Both the position numbers and the translations under genes were made by a program. A stretch of 64,000 nucleotides of DNA, taken from contig NC_043013.1 in assembly GCF_006345805.1 (NCBI RefSeq), positions 2,542,001-2,606,000 on the forward strand, written 5' to 3'. The DNA is from Octopus sinensis. Taxonomy: Eukaryota. Below, in pieces: positions 1 through 12,802 of the stretch (the stretch's first letter is position 1; each line of letters opens with the position of its first letter). The notes beneath the pieces were generated by a model. That model saw nothing but the letters and a program-made list of their open reading frames with translations, was not told the origin of the DNA and searched no databases.

Positions 1-189
1 GCTTTGAACAAAGCGGTCGTCGGCATCTTCACCATCTCGTCTGGCAGCTTGTTCCACGGATCCGCAACCCGGACGGAGAAAGCTCTTCTCCTTCGATTGA
101 GATGAAATCGTCGCAGGTAGAGCTTTTCGGAATGACCCCGCAGCCGACGCTCCGGAGCAGGAGTGAAGAACAGCTCTTTCGAGAGGTTA

Positions 190-190
<1 letters not shown>
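1..190 (-). mobile_element. CR1/L2-group LINE, 3' end of ORF2 (5'-truncated; runs off the window edge)
   Basis: The reverse strand reads [64 protein letters not shown] with no stop. This matches the RGH..KL / FSxRV..WNxLP / FK C-terminal signature of CR1-type ORF2. Confidence 0.9.
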
Positions 191-268
<78 letters not shown>

Positions 269-518
269 CAGACGCACGAATGCACGTGTGTCTTTGTGTT
301 TGTGTCCTATTTATCCGCCACTAGAGACAATTTGTTAGACCAAAGTACTTCAAGGCGGTGCCCCAGCATGGTCTCAGTTCAAAGATCGAAACAAGTAAAA
401 CCTAAAAACGCTTATTTCAAAATATTCGTAAACTATTCGGAAATGATACAACGATAGAAATTCAGGCTTTCTAAATAAAACTTAAAATCCAGAAACCCGT
501 CAATCTAATAGACATATA

Positions 519-674
519 CAGGCGTGGCTGTGTGGTAAGAAGCTTGTTTCCCAACCACATGGTTCCGGGTTCAGTCCCACTGCGCGGCACTTTGGGCTAG
601 TGACTTCTTCTATAGCCTCGGGTCGATCAAAGACTTGTGAGTGGATTTGGTAGACGGAAACTGAAAGGAGACTG

Positions 675-743
<69 letters not shown>

Positions 744-990
744 TATATATATATATATTTATGTATATGTATATGAGTGTGTGTCTTTGTGTCTATGTTT
801 TGTTCACCACCACCACTTACCAACCGTTGTTAGTGTGTTTACATCACCGTAATTAGCGGTTCGGCAAAAGAGACCGATAGAAAAAGTATTAAAAAGTTCT
901 GGGGTCAATTCGTTCGACTACAACTCTTTAAGGTGGTGCCCCAGCACGGCAGCAGTCAAATGACTGAGACAAGTAAAACAAAGATAACAG
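519..990 (+). mobile_element. tRNA-derived SINE family A, full length, with internal (TA)n
   Basis: A-box-like TGGCTGTGTGG and B-box-like GGTTCAGTCCC head, CORE-like ACTTTGGGCTAGTG, internal microsatellite, and the conserved 3' half ending AGTCAAATGACTGAGACAAGTAAAA. About 20 homologues in the window. Confidence 0.85.
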
Positions 991-1029
991 TAAAAAGATA
1001 CTCCATAATCTATGAAACATCCCCCCAGA

Positions 1030-2880
1030 CTACAGAGTAGTACTGGATGCTCTCACAACAATCATCATTGGGGATAGTTCAATGGACCCAGTAACCCCGG
1101 TTATAAAATAATGCAGACAAGAAGAGAGGTGACATAACATAATGGCCCCTAAACTTTTATACCCTTAACAATGCGCATCAACACATACATGCTTAACTCC
1201 TTTGCTGCAACAAGTCTTCTCCAGATATCACCTTCTGCCTTCCTCCACCTGAGTACCACAGCCATTTGGCTAACACTTCCCTACCTGTCTTTGAACCATC
1301 TAACACTTATCTAACAATTATGGACCATTTATCAATATATCGCACTCGCAAATCAACGAAGAATGCAAAATACACTTTTACAAACCTAAAAAGCGAAATA
1401 AAACACACACACACACAAAAAAACGAAAACGAATGAGTTGCACCGAGAAACCGAATCTAGGTTTTCAGAATTCAACAACATTGTAATCATCGACATTGAA
1501 GTACATACACTCAACAAAATAATTATAAACTCATCAAAAAACATATCATAGAAGACAACATCAAAAAAAAAAAAAAAAGAAAATCTCGGCTTCAATTACA
1601 CACTAGAAATAGCCAAGCTCATAAAAATTAGCGACAACTTCAAACGGAATAAAACTGACGTTATACAAAAACCAATATAAAACTCAGCATCAAATAGCTA
1701 AACAAGGAAATAGCAATAACAACAACGGCAACAACAACAACAACAACAACAACAACAGCAGCAGCAGTAGCAGCAACAACAATAATAATGATAAAAGCAA
1801 TAATAATAAATCTTAGAAAAACTGAAAACTAGCAATCATTTATATCGAACACAGACCACAAAACTTGCGGTAAATTACTACATAGAATTAGCTGTGTCAA
1901 CAATATCAACAATGATAATGATCATATCACACTACACGTTACAATAGCGATCTTAAATATTATATCTTGTACTGTAATACCAAATAAATGCCCTTCGACA
2001 TTTCTCGAAAGCACACAACAAAGCTAAATAGTAATTTGGGGATCCACAGCATTGTTTTCAGGGTCCATTGGAAAATGTTGCTTTAATTGCAGGAAAGAGC
2101 TCGGTGTTTCTTTCTCTAACAATTCAACGGGTTTCTTGCTAACGTATGCAATTGAAGGTATGAAAAACAAAATAGGAATTTTATTACAAGTATCTATAGA
2201 ACCAGTTTTTAAAATATCAAATGGCTATGTGGGTCCACCAGAATAAAATAGTAATCAAAGGGGTCAGTCAATAGATGAAAAAAAAATGGTTGAGAACCAC
2301 TGATCTAGATGAAGAAAAAGGGAGCGTTGGTTAGCAAACTATGTCAGACCGACAAACCTATGTGGTGTACAAGAATACCTCAAAAACTTGTCTGCTCCCT
2401 AGTCGTATACCACAAGGATCTGCCCTCTCAATCGTTATTTTCAGCCTATACCTACACGATCTTTCCATGCCTCAGTTAAGGATACAGACAGCATCTTCAC
2501 TGATGACATTACACACTATTTTCTAGAAGCTTCCACGCAACTTCTTAAGTCACCCAGAAGACCAGTTCCACAGCAACAGACTAAAAGTATCCCCTAGCTA
2601 ATTCAATATCTGCCTTTCTACCTGCGATATCAGAGAACATCAAATACGGCCCAGTCCACACACTCCGTGGTATAAGCATACTGTGTGTTTGCGCACACAG
2701 TCGTGCGCACGCAAAGAAAACAAAAACCCTAAGGTTGACAAAATTCATCTACAACATTCATAACACAGATCTCTCATGGACTATCTCAGTTCTGCCTGGA
2801 TCCCCGATTTCTCTATAACAAGTCATAATAAGATTCAAAACCTCGAGAAAGTGCACTAACCATTGAAAGGTTGCAAACAG
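1030..2880 (+). mobile_element. Heavily decayed LINE ORF2 (APE endonuclease + RT, Jockey/I-like), interrupted
   Basis: IIIGD-FNG remnant at about 1061-1086. RT remnant SDRQTYVVYKNTSK..SRIPQGSALSIVIFSLYLHDL (2341-2460), then FTDDIT (YADD-type motif, about 2496) and DYLSSAWIP (about 2780). Many frameshifts and stops. Confidence 0.75.
2030..2302 (+). mobile_element. hAT (Charlie-like) MITE, right part
   Basis: Ends in GGTTGAGAACCACTG followed by ATCTAGAT (the NTCTAGAN Charlie target). Interior is homologous to 62960-63030. Left TIR not found. Confidence 0.7.
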
Positions 2881-2984
2881 TTTTTGTCACAATGAAAAGC
2901 TTCTACGTACAAAACCAAAAGTATTAAAAATGAAGGATCATTAAAACATGCCAAAGAGACAATTAATTAGTGAATAATTATCGG

Positions 2985-3395
2985 TTGCAAATTTTGGCAT
3001 AATGCCAGCAATTTGGGGGGAGGGTTAAGTCTATTTCGGGGAAGGGTTTAGTCGATTACTTCGACTTCATGCTCAATTGGTACTCGGCGGAATTTGAACT
3101 CAGAACGTAAAGTCAGACGAAATGCCGCCAAGCACTTTGCCCGGTGTTCCAACGATTCTGCCAGATCGCCACCTTTGATCAGTCAATAATTATTGATCTC
3201 AAATTTTGGTACAAGGTCAGAGAGGAGGTAAGTCGATTACATCGACCCCAGTACTCAACTGGTACTAATTTCATCGACCCCGAAAGGACGAAAGGCAAAG
3301 TCAACTTCGGCAGAATTTTAACTAAAGACCTGAAGATGGACGAAATGCCGTTCAGCATTTTGCACAGCGTGCCAGATTCTGCCAGCTCTCCACCT
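2985..3395 (-). mobile_element. Two adjacent decayed SINE family B (B2-tail) copies
   Basis: Each has GGAATTTGAACTCAGAACGT / GCAAAGTCRACTTCGGC segments homologous to the other B copies. Confidence 0.8.
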
Positions 3396-3984
3396 TTGAT
3401 TAGTTAATTAGTACGACAAAGCCACAATCGTCATAATTTTAGCATATGTATGCAATAATGGGTTACCAATAGTATTCACTACTAGAGAATGGCTCTTGAA
3501 GCTTTACTTATGGTGGGATTTGAACTTAAATTTCCATATCATCTTGTCTCGTATATAGTGCTTCTAACTGCATACAGTAGAATGTGATTCCTCCTCGCAT
3601 AAAATTTAGATAAAGTTACATTCTCATAGTACCCAATTTATGACTGTATGGACTCGAAATAGATGCTTCCGCTATAATTTATTTACACCAGTATCGATCA
3701 TAACTTCATACAGCATATATTTAAAGACTCGTCGATTGTACTTCTAACGGAGCCTATTCTCAGTTTACCGGATTAGCTTAAGTGGCCTGATATGCCATCA
3801 GATTAGAATTTTGCTGATTACTACATTAAATTAAATATCCAGACCGTGAACACAACACGGCGCTCGTCACGCATAAAAATGTGTCGAATTTCCAACGGTA
3901 AACCGACACCGTACTGACTTCATTTAACTGTTCTTCTTTAATGAATAGCAGCTACTGAAACAAAAATCAAATTGTTTTTGTACA

Positions 3985-4154
3985 AGGCGCAGGAGTGGCT
4001 GTGTGGTAAGTAGCTTGCTCACCAGCCACATGGTTCCGGGTTCAGTCCCACTGCGTGGCATCTTGGGCAAGTGTCTTCTGCTATAGCCCCGGGCCGACCA
4101 ATGCCTTGTGAGTGGATTTGGTAGACGGAAACTGAAAGAAGCCTGTCGTATGTA

Positions 4155-4197
<43 letters not shown>

Positions 4198-4415
4198 TTG
4201 TTTGTGTGTCTGTGTTTGTCCCCCTAGCATTGCTTGACAACCGATGCTGGTGTGTTTATGTCCCCGTTACTTAGCGGTTCGGCAAAAGAGACCGATAGAA
4301 TAAGTACTGGGCTTACAAAAAGAATAAGTCCCGGGGTCGAGTTGCTCAATTAAAGGCGGTGCTCCAGCATGGCCGCAGTCAAATGACTGAAACAAGTAAA
4401 AGAGTAAAAAGAGTA
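3985..4415 (+). mobile_element. SINE family A, full length, young
   Basis: Near-identical (reverse complement) to the 25519-25925 and 7305-8864 copies. Confidence 0.9.
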
Positions 4416-4612
4416 GAGTATATTACTTCTGATGGTCTTTATTGTTTATCGTGGAGAAAGCAGGTTCAAAAGACCCACACAATCACTGCTGCGGTCACCG
4501 TAATTGCTGTTTAGCCTCAAGTGTGTACTGATCGAGTAAATCTATAGTCAAATGCATTCTTGTTATGAGCGCTCCGTCATCCTTTTCAAAAACAATATCC
4601 CTGAATTACATA

Positions 4613-4828
4613 TACATGGTGTGTTACTAAAAAGTTCCTGGCTTTGGGTAAAAGGAAATACTGGAGGATCAGTTAATTATGATTTTATTCAACATATTCC
4701 CTTCTCAGATTCATACACTCATTGCAGCAGCCCTTAAGTTTTTCTAAACTCTGTAAAAGAACTCAGAAGGTTGGGCTTCCAACAAGGCCTTTTGCAAACC
4801 CCGGAATTTTCCAGCACTCACTCATGTA
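4613..4828. mobile_element. Tc1/mariner-type MITE
   Basis: Imperfect TIRs TACATGGTGTGTTACTAAAAAGTTCCTGG / CCGGAATTTTCCAGCACTCACTCATGTA with TA ends. Confidence 0.7.
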
Positions 4829-4843
4829 CACACACACACACTT

Positions 4844-4943
<100 letters not shown>

Positions 4944-6169
4944 TTTAAGTGTTGGGTATTTTCTTAGTTTCTCGCATATTCCATTTTCCGTCTCTATCAT
5001 TTGTTATATATATATATATATATGTTTATATATATATGTATTATTAAATACATGTACTAATGTATATGCTTAGTTTATTTTCCCTCGTGTCACCGGTGTT
5101 AAAACACCTTAGAGTCATGACCGATAGAATAAGTACTAGGCTTACAAAGAATAAGTCCTGGGGGTCGATTTGTTCGACTAAAGGTGGTACTCCAGCATGG
5201 CCACGGTCAAATAACAGAAACAAAAAAAACAATAATAAAAGAAAAGAATATGATGGCTGCGCACTCGTGACCGAGGAAGACCATTGTTGACTTTTGGGAA
5301 CATTCTGCGCTCTAGGAGTAACTTACATTTTGCATTTGCGGCTCCTTTAATGGCTAATGATCCCTGCTCTTGAGATGCCTACACGATCGCAAACATTGCA
5401 AACCAAGCTTTCCCCAATCACTACGCTATATATATATAATGTAGTAATCATCAAAATTCTAATCTGATGGCGTATCAGACCAATTAAGCTAGTCCAGTCA
5501 ACTGAGAATGGTCTCCGCTAGAAGTAAAGTTGACGAGTCTTTAAATATGTACTTTATGAAGATATGCTCGACATTGATGTAATTGAATTACAGTGGAAGA
5601 ATATTTCGCCACTACATCGAGTCATATAATCGCAAATGTGTACTATGAGAATGTAACTTTACCCACATTATTTAATGTGACCTTTAAGATAGTATGAAGT
5701 GGGATAAGTGGGGTTTGGTTGCTATTTCTAGAAGTGTTAATAGACCACATAGAGGCTACCACTCTGAATCGTTGCCTTCTTTCCTGATTTGCGCTGCGTC
5801 ATTTTACTTTAAACTCAACACACATCTACACACACACACACACACACACACACCTCCACATACACACATGTATCTCCACACATGCACTCCTTTACAGAGA
5901 GAGAGAGGAGAAGTGATGGAAAGAGAGTGGGAGAAAGAGAGATAACGAGGGAACATCTTCGTGGTTGCTTGACCTGCAAAAAACAGTAGCCAAATGTCTC
6001 TCAGATGACCTCGTACTGTCTTAAAATGGAAACAACGCATTGGATTTGATAATATACTGCTAGACAGACAATGACTAAATGAACGATGAGATGGTCATTG
6101 CTGTAACGCCTTTGATCTTAAATTTGCTGAATCTAGGATGACCTATGGTGCAAAACAGCAGCTGCAGCA

Positions 6170-6348
6170 GGAGGCGCAGTGGCCTAGTGGTTAGGGCAGC
6201 GGATTCGCGGTCGGAGGATCGCGGTTTCGATTCCCAGACCGGGCGTTGTGTGTGTTTATTGAGCGAAAACACCTAAAGCTCCACGAGGCTCCGGTAGGGG
6301 GTGGTGGCGACCCCTGTTGTACTCTTTCACTCCAACTTTCTCTCACTC
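6170..6348 (+). mobile_element. tRNA(Arg-like)-derived SINE family C, head and body
   Basis: GGAGGCGCAGTGGCCTAGTGGTTAGGGC...GGTTTCGATTCCC head. Homologous to 51836-52128 and 63909-64000. Confidence 0.85.
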
Positions 6349-6517
6349 AATCGCTGAGCCTTGATGCGCATCCATCCATCCGTCGATGCTCTCTGTGTCG
6401 GGGGTTGACCTGCTTTTTCTTCTGCGGGTCTTACGAATAGCAAAAGGACCACGTTTCGGACTTCTCCCATCTAGCGAGCTTTGGGACGAAGACCGTTCGC
6501 TCAACAGCAGCAGCAAT

Positions 6518-6589
<72 letters not shown>

Positions 6590-6590
6590 A
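6518..6590. repeat. (TAC)n microsatellite
   Basis: Direct reading; source of the poly-Y in the 6386-6997 ORF. Confidence 0.95.
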
Positions 6591-7304
6591 GTAACAATAA
6601 AATCAATACTGAACCAATTGCAAGATTGCTCGGATCTCAGTGCTCTGTTCTATCCTTACTGTGTCTGCTGCATTGGTCCCTATTATTCTGGTTTTGCCAA
6701 CTGTTTACCGGCCCCCATCACTTAAAAGAAATCCACTTGGTGAAGATGCCTTTCTCCAACCTAACCTGCTTGACCCCTGCTAGCCCTAACTTTATGAACC
6801 TTGCGCTAAAATCCTTGCTCAATTTTTGCTGTTCAGAACTGCATCCGACTGGGGATGCTTTTCGGATGAGTAATAAGCTAAGCTGGATAGAGAGAAGACA
6901 TCGTATATTGCTTAATCCAAGACACTGTCGACCGGTCATATACAAACAAATGAAACATCAGAACTCCAGCAATGTTCAAACTAAAATTATCAGCTAAAGA
7001 CAAATATTTTGTTTAATTTCTAATATTTCTAAAATACACATTTACCAGTTCAGCAGTCATTTCCTTTTATCTTTTAGGTGACTATACAATTTATTTGTTT
7101 TTTAGAGTTCTTTATTTTTGTTATCGTTTTTTTTTTATTATTATTATTGACCAGTCCAGTACTTGTTCTGTATATGCCTGTTGATTATGTCATTCGTATC
7201 CTGTTTTGCTAAAGTCCTCATTCTGTCTAGTTCATAATTTGCTATTTTATATCCGAAGAATATAAATTCGTTTTTAATATAATCTATATCTCTCTTTTCT
7301 GTTT

Positions 7305-8864
7305 TCTCTTTTACTTGTTTCAGTCATTTGACTGCGGCCATGCTGGAGCACCGCCTTTAGTCGAGCAACTCGACCCCGGGACTTATTCTTTTTGGGATCT
7401 TTTCTATTCTGAAGCCAGGACCACAGATCTTTCTACTTAACTAAATAATCTGAAACTTCGTATGCTGATAGAGTCTAGCAAAACAAGACACAGGTTGGAA
7501 CTAGTTTATTTGAGAAAAATCTATTTTATGACTTTAATCGTAGATTAAAACTGCGAATTTTAACCAATCAGATTGTTTGTTTTCATGTGTAAAACTTGAC
7601 TGCATTCTATTAGTGTGACGTAGAAAGCGCTTTTGTGACGTACTAACGTTCGGAAAACTGTAAACAAACACGGCAGACGAAATACGGCTACGCATTTCGC
7701 CCGGCGTGCTAACGTTTCTGCCAGCTCTTTGCTTTTTTAATATTAAATTTCGGCGAAGTTTCGCTTGTCGTAGCACAAGTTTTCCGTCGATTTCCGTAAA
7801 AAACTTTTATTTTTTTACATAAGTAATGAGAGCGAAAGAGACTAAGAGGAAGCGATTTTATGACGAGGGAAGTTTGTCTTTGAAGTTACCGTCTAGGGGA
7901 AGCATTGATGTACATGTGTGTGTGTGTGTGTGTTTGATGGGGTGTGGGAGACAGTATGTTGTGTAAGTGAAGTGCTTCTGTTAGTGTGTGTGAAGAGACA
8001 GAGAGAGTAATGTGTGAAAGAGAGAGATAACTGAAATTTTTTACTCGGTGTATGTGTATATGTATGTCTGCATGTATGTGTGTGTGTGTATGTATCTATG
8101 TATGTATGGCCAATTCATCGTAATTACGATGAATCGGCTATACATACATACACACACACACATACATACACACACACACATACTTACACATACATACACA
8201 CACACATACATGCAGACATACAGAATGGAAACATTTTCAATTTAATACATGTGGCTTATTAACTAGTTTTAAATATTGTTATTAGAAGGTGGCTGACTTG
8301 TTTACATTTAAGATGTTAAATACGTCACGAAATTGGTGGTCGAGACGGAGTAAATAAAATAAAGCCGAATGACGGAATATCATTGGTTAAAATTCTAATT
8401 ATTAAACAACGTTAAACTTAGAAGTTACAATTCCGTTTTCATTCTGGTTTACAATTAAGTTTACTTTTGACACATTCTACCAGTATACGAAGTTTCAAAT
8501 TGTTTGGTTCAGTAGGAAAAATTTGAAAAAACTGGCCTCAAAATAGAAAAGATCCTCTTTTTGTAAGCCCAGTACTTATTCTATCGATCTCTTTTTGCCG
8601 AACCGCTATGTGACGGGGACGTAAACACACCAGCATCAGTTGTCAAGCAATGCTAGGGGAACAAACACAGACACACAAACATACATATATATATATAGAT
8701 ATATACGACAGGCTTCTTTCTGTTTCCGTCTACCAAATCCACTCACAAGGCTCTGGTCGGCCCGAGGCTATAGTAGAAGATACTTGCCCAAGATGCCACG
8801 CAGTGGGACTGAACCCGGAACCATGTGGTTGGTTAGCAAGCTACTTACCACACAGCCACTCCTG
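7305..8864 (-). mobile_element. SINE family A split by a MITE insertion
   Basis: 7305-7394 joins seamlessly to 8556-8864 once the MITE and one TSD copy are removed. Confidence 0.9.
7395..8555. mobile_element. Non-autonomous DNA transposon with GGATCTTTTC TIRs and 8-bp TSD (Merlin-like)
   Basis: TIRs GGATCTTTTCTATTCTGAAGCCAG / CTGGCCTCAAAATAGAAAAGATCC. Perfect TSD TCTTTTTG at 7387-7394 and 8556-8563. Confidence 0.85.
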
Positions 8865-9431
8865 TGTATATTTGCAAGAGAGGTTCGCTGCATTTTGCGT
8901 CTGGTGTCTATAATTATTTTCCGTGGATATGATTGATTAATTGATTCTAGTTTCAGCTTATGAGCTGTGGCCATGCTGGGGCACCGCCATACTGGTTACG
9001 CTGTTTTATTACTGTATTCGTAATATTGTTGTTTATGTCTCCACAACTCTAACTGTTGCTGTCGTATCATCTGATTTTTACACTGTTTGCAAACCGGGCA
9101 AGTTTTTTAAAACGAATTTATTCGAGTGTTTGCTCTGTGAAAACATCTTAATTTCATCTGTTGAGGCACATATGCTCAATATATATTTTGCCGCATTGTG
9201 CATGGGTATATCGCCCAACTATTTATGTAAAGAGTGATATTGCACAGAATTGATCAGTGTTTATTTACTTTTATATTCTTCTTCCTTAATTCTCAAATGT
9301 ACTTCCATAGCGACAACACTTTACTTCTGTATGCTTTACGGAACGAGTTACATATTGTGGCGCTGCATGAATCTGATCTTGAATGGTCGAACAGGCGTGA
9401 AACTCGAACGAACGGGAAAATGGATTCGATT

Positions 9432-9463
<32 letters not shown>

Positions 9464-10548
9464 TGTATGTATGTATGTATGTATTATGTATGTATGTATA
9501 TTTGTATGTATGAAGTATGTATGTATGTATATCTTTTTAGACCGGTTGAATGGTCAGTTAGTCTGGAATTGCTCCGGCGTGCAGCCACTTCTTCAGCTAG
9601 GCCAGTTTGAACTTGTCCGACCGAAAAAAGTATTGCAATCTACTTTTGTATTGAGCACTTCTACATCGAATCATTATTTAACAAGATATATATATATATA
9701 TATACATAAATATATTCATAAAGATATGTACTTGTATTTGTGTCTGTGTGTCTGTAAATACACACACAGATATACGTATGTAAATATATGTATGTGTGTG
9801 TCTGTGTCTGTGCATGGGTGTATATGTCTGTGCATGGGTGTATATGTCTGTGTCTGTGCGTGTACTTGATCACCACTCCTTGTTTCAACTTAACCTTATT
9901 ATATATTTGTTTATCCGAATTATCTGCTTAATCCAGTAGTTTTTATATCATTGATCAGTTGTTGTCGTCCAGTGAGATCGATAACTGCTGCTTGCAACAG
10001 GTTGTTAGTAGTTAGTCGAGAAAAAGGGGTCAATAAAATGTTTGTCCATTTGTTCCAGGCTAGGTGAGTGTCTCCCCACGACTGTCTCTCCGCTCTATCG
10101 AAGCGGAAACCATTTCTGGATTGATTCAATTATGATCTGTATTGGGTTTTTTTTTTATCGCTGATAGCGGCGTCGGCGATGGTGGCGATGGCGGCGGTGG
10201 CGGCGATGGCGGCGGCGGCGGCGGCGGTGGCGGCGGTGTTGTTTATCGTTCATGTAATTGTTATTTATATTGTTGTTGTTGTTGCCAGACTTTGATGTTG
10301 TCGTTAGTCTTCAATTATGATTCTATTCACGTCTAGGATACACTATAGAATCGAACATGTACTTTCTTTTATCGACTCTGGATAGATAAAGGATGGTAGA
10401 TTTGGCTTTAGCAGGATTTGAACTCAGAGCATAAAAGCTGATTTAAAATTCTGTAAACATTTTACTTGAATTTCTAACGATTCTTCCAATCCTCCATATA
10501 TTATTACTGCGTTGTTAATCCTTACATCCGCTCTACTTAGCCGGTTCT

Positions 10549-10780
10549 TATTTCTTTATTGCCCACAAAGGGCTAAACATTGAGGGGACAAACAAGGACA
10601 GACAGACGGATTAAGTCGATTACATCGACCCCAGTGCGTAACTGGTACTTAATTTATCGACCTCGAAAGGATGAAAGGCAAAGTCGATCTCGACGGAATT
10701 TGAACTCAGAACGTAACGGCAGACGAAATACCGCTAAGCATTTAGCCCGGCGTGCTAACGTTTCTGCTTGCTCGCAGTCT
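10549..10780 (-). mobile_element. SINE family B (B1 tail)
   Basis: tRNA-like head (B box GAGTTCAAATTCC), body GACTTTGCCTTTCATCCTTTCGAGGTCGATAA (Meta-domain-like, from recall), tail ending GGGCAATAAAGAAATA. Flanked by a 19-bp direct repeat with 1 mismatch. Confidence 0.9.
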
Positions 10781-11249
10781 TTATAACCGGCTGAGCTCTA
10801 CTCAGCCGGTTCTATGGTCAAAAGTTTTCTAGTCATGGCCATCGATATAATTATTTGAGACCTATTTGTGGGTTTCAGAAGTTTGCTTGCAACCTAATTC
10901 CTTAATTGCTCATAGTTCTTGGCATCTAAAGCATGTATCTTACTCTCTGTTACAATATCTTCAGATTGACCAAAACACCTTGCTTTGTAAATGTAATTTG
11001 ATAGACAGAACTGTGTGTAAGTTCATCTTATGTATAAACACAGACACACACATTGACAAACAATGTGTGTGTGTGTGTTTATTCTTCATCAATGCTTGAC
11101 AACCGCTGTTTGTGAGTTACATTGCAGTTCAGTAATGAAACCGATAGAATAATTATCAGGCTTAAAGAAAAAAAACCATTGGGATCGATTCGTTCGACTT
11201 AAATTTTTAAAAATTAACGCCCTCGCCATAGACATTAGATACGCCGAGT

Positions 11250-12010
11250 TCGAAAACCTCAATTATCCACATCCTTTGATAAATTGAAAACATCATCTAA
11301 ACAGCTGAACGAAACATGGAAAAAATGGTGTATGACAATAAATACCGTGAAATGCAAAATCCTAACCCTTCTAAAGAAATGATCACACATGAAGTTTCGG
11401 CAGCAGATCACGCCACAGAGTTTGTGTTTCACAGAAGCAAAGTCCCAAATGAATATCAAAATGTAAAAAAGACATGCTGTATTGGAATCTAAACGTTTCG
11501 AAGACAAAAAGAAAAATCCTGATCTGGAACAGCCAGGGATTCAATGTCCGACTGTACACATCTCATTGTCTCCAATGGAACATACGCCACGAAAACGAGA
11601 ATCCTAAAAACCTGAAGATACACGTAGACTAGGAATTTTGAAATGCGGTGCTTGTGGTCTACAAAGGATATCATTACGAGACAGACTTAAAAACATCTCC
11701 ATAAATAAAGAAGAAAGGAAATCTTTTCAAACAGCAGACGTCATTGTCGGGGTGAATAAGAAAGGAGCGAGTGAAGTCCTTCGACCATGTAATAAGACAG
11801 CTACGCAATAACGAAGTAACGCTGGTGCCTACCAAGATTTCTGAAGCCCCAGGCGAACGTGGCAGACCACCTATGAAGTGGACCTCTCAGATCCACGAAC
11901 ACAGCAAGTAGAAGTTCGCAACAGCGGAAAGCAGAACGTCAGACCAAAGAAGGTAGTCGTGCTTCAAATGGTAGGGGACAGCAAGGGTCCGGAGTCGACT
12001 GAGCAACGCG
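11250..12010 (+). mobile_element. Decayed RTE-clade LINE, 3' part of ORF2
   Basis: FEMRCL at 11637-11654 and RGRPPMKW at 11858-11881. The GGAGTCGACTGAGCAAC end resembles RTE tails. Confidence 0.8.
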
Positions 12011-12148
12011 AAGAATAATCTGCATACATACTTACACACACACACACACGCATACATTCATACATACACTTCTATATATGCTAACGTATTTGTATAAATA
12101 TATATGCGCGCACGCATACACTCACATGCATATACATATATATGCGTT

Positions 12149-12179
<31 letters not shown>

Positions 12180-12222
12180 CATTTATGAGTGTATATATGT
12201 ATATATATATACATATATACAT

Positions 12223-12268
<46 letters not shown>

Positions 12269-12454
12269 GTGTGTGTGTGTGTATACATATGTACATATAT
12301 ATGTATACATAATTATGTGTGTGTTTGCACATATATATATATATATAATGACGGTGCCCCAGCATTGACCACAGCTCATGAGCTGAAACTGGTTTAATTC
12401 AATTCAATATACATACAAACACACACACTTGTGTGTGTGTGAATATATATATAT

Positions 12455-12547
<93 letters not shown>

Positions 12548-12632
12548 CATACATATATAGGTATATATATATATATATGTATATGTAGATAGATAGATAC
12601 ACACATACATATACATACATACATGCACACAT

Positions 12633-12667
<35 letters not shown>

Positions 12668-12760
12668 TACATACATACATACATACATACGTGCATATAT
12701 ACATATACATGTGTATGTGTTCGTGTGCTTCTTTTGAGATCTGTTTGTTTTCGTCTTCAG

Positions 12761-12802
12761 AATTGAACCAGGTCACGAACTAAATGGCAAAGACTCTTTT
12801 GT
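12761..12802 (+). other. Candidate exon (42 nt)
   Basis: Acceptor TTTGTTTTCGTCTTCAG and donor GTGAGT. Reads [13 protein letters not shown], or contains ATG 12784 (MAKTLL). No homology recognised. Confidence 0.35.

Noticed and set aside
6386-6997. 203-aa ORF
   Set aside because: It spans SINE-adjacent sequence and a (TAC)n repeat, starts at a non-ATG codon and has no recognisable domain.
10001-10063. 63-nt exon with a perfect AG|GTGAGT donor
   Set aside because: A few such donors are expected by chance in 64 kb, the acceptor is weak and the peptide is uninformative.
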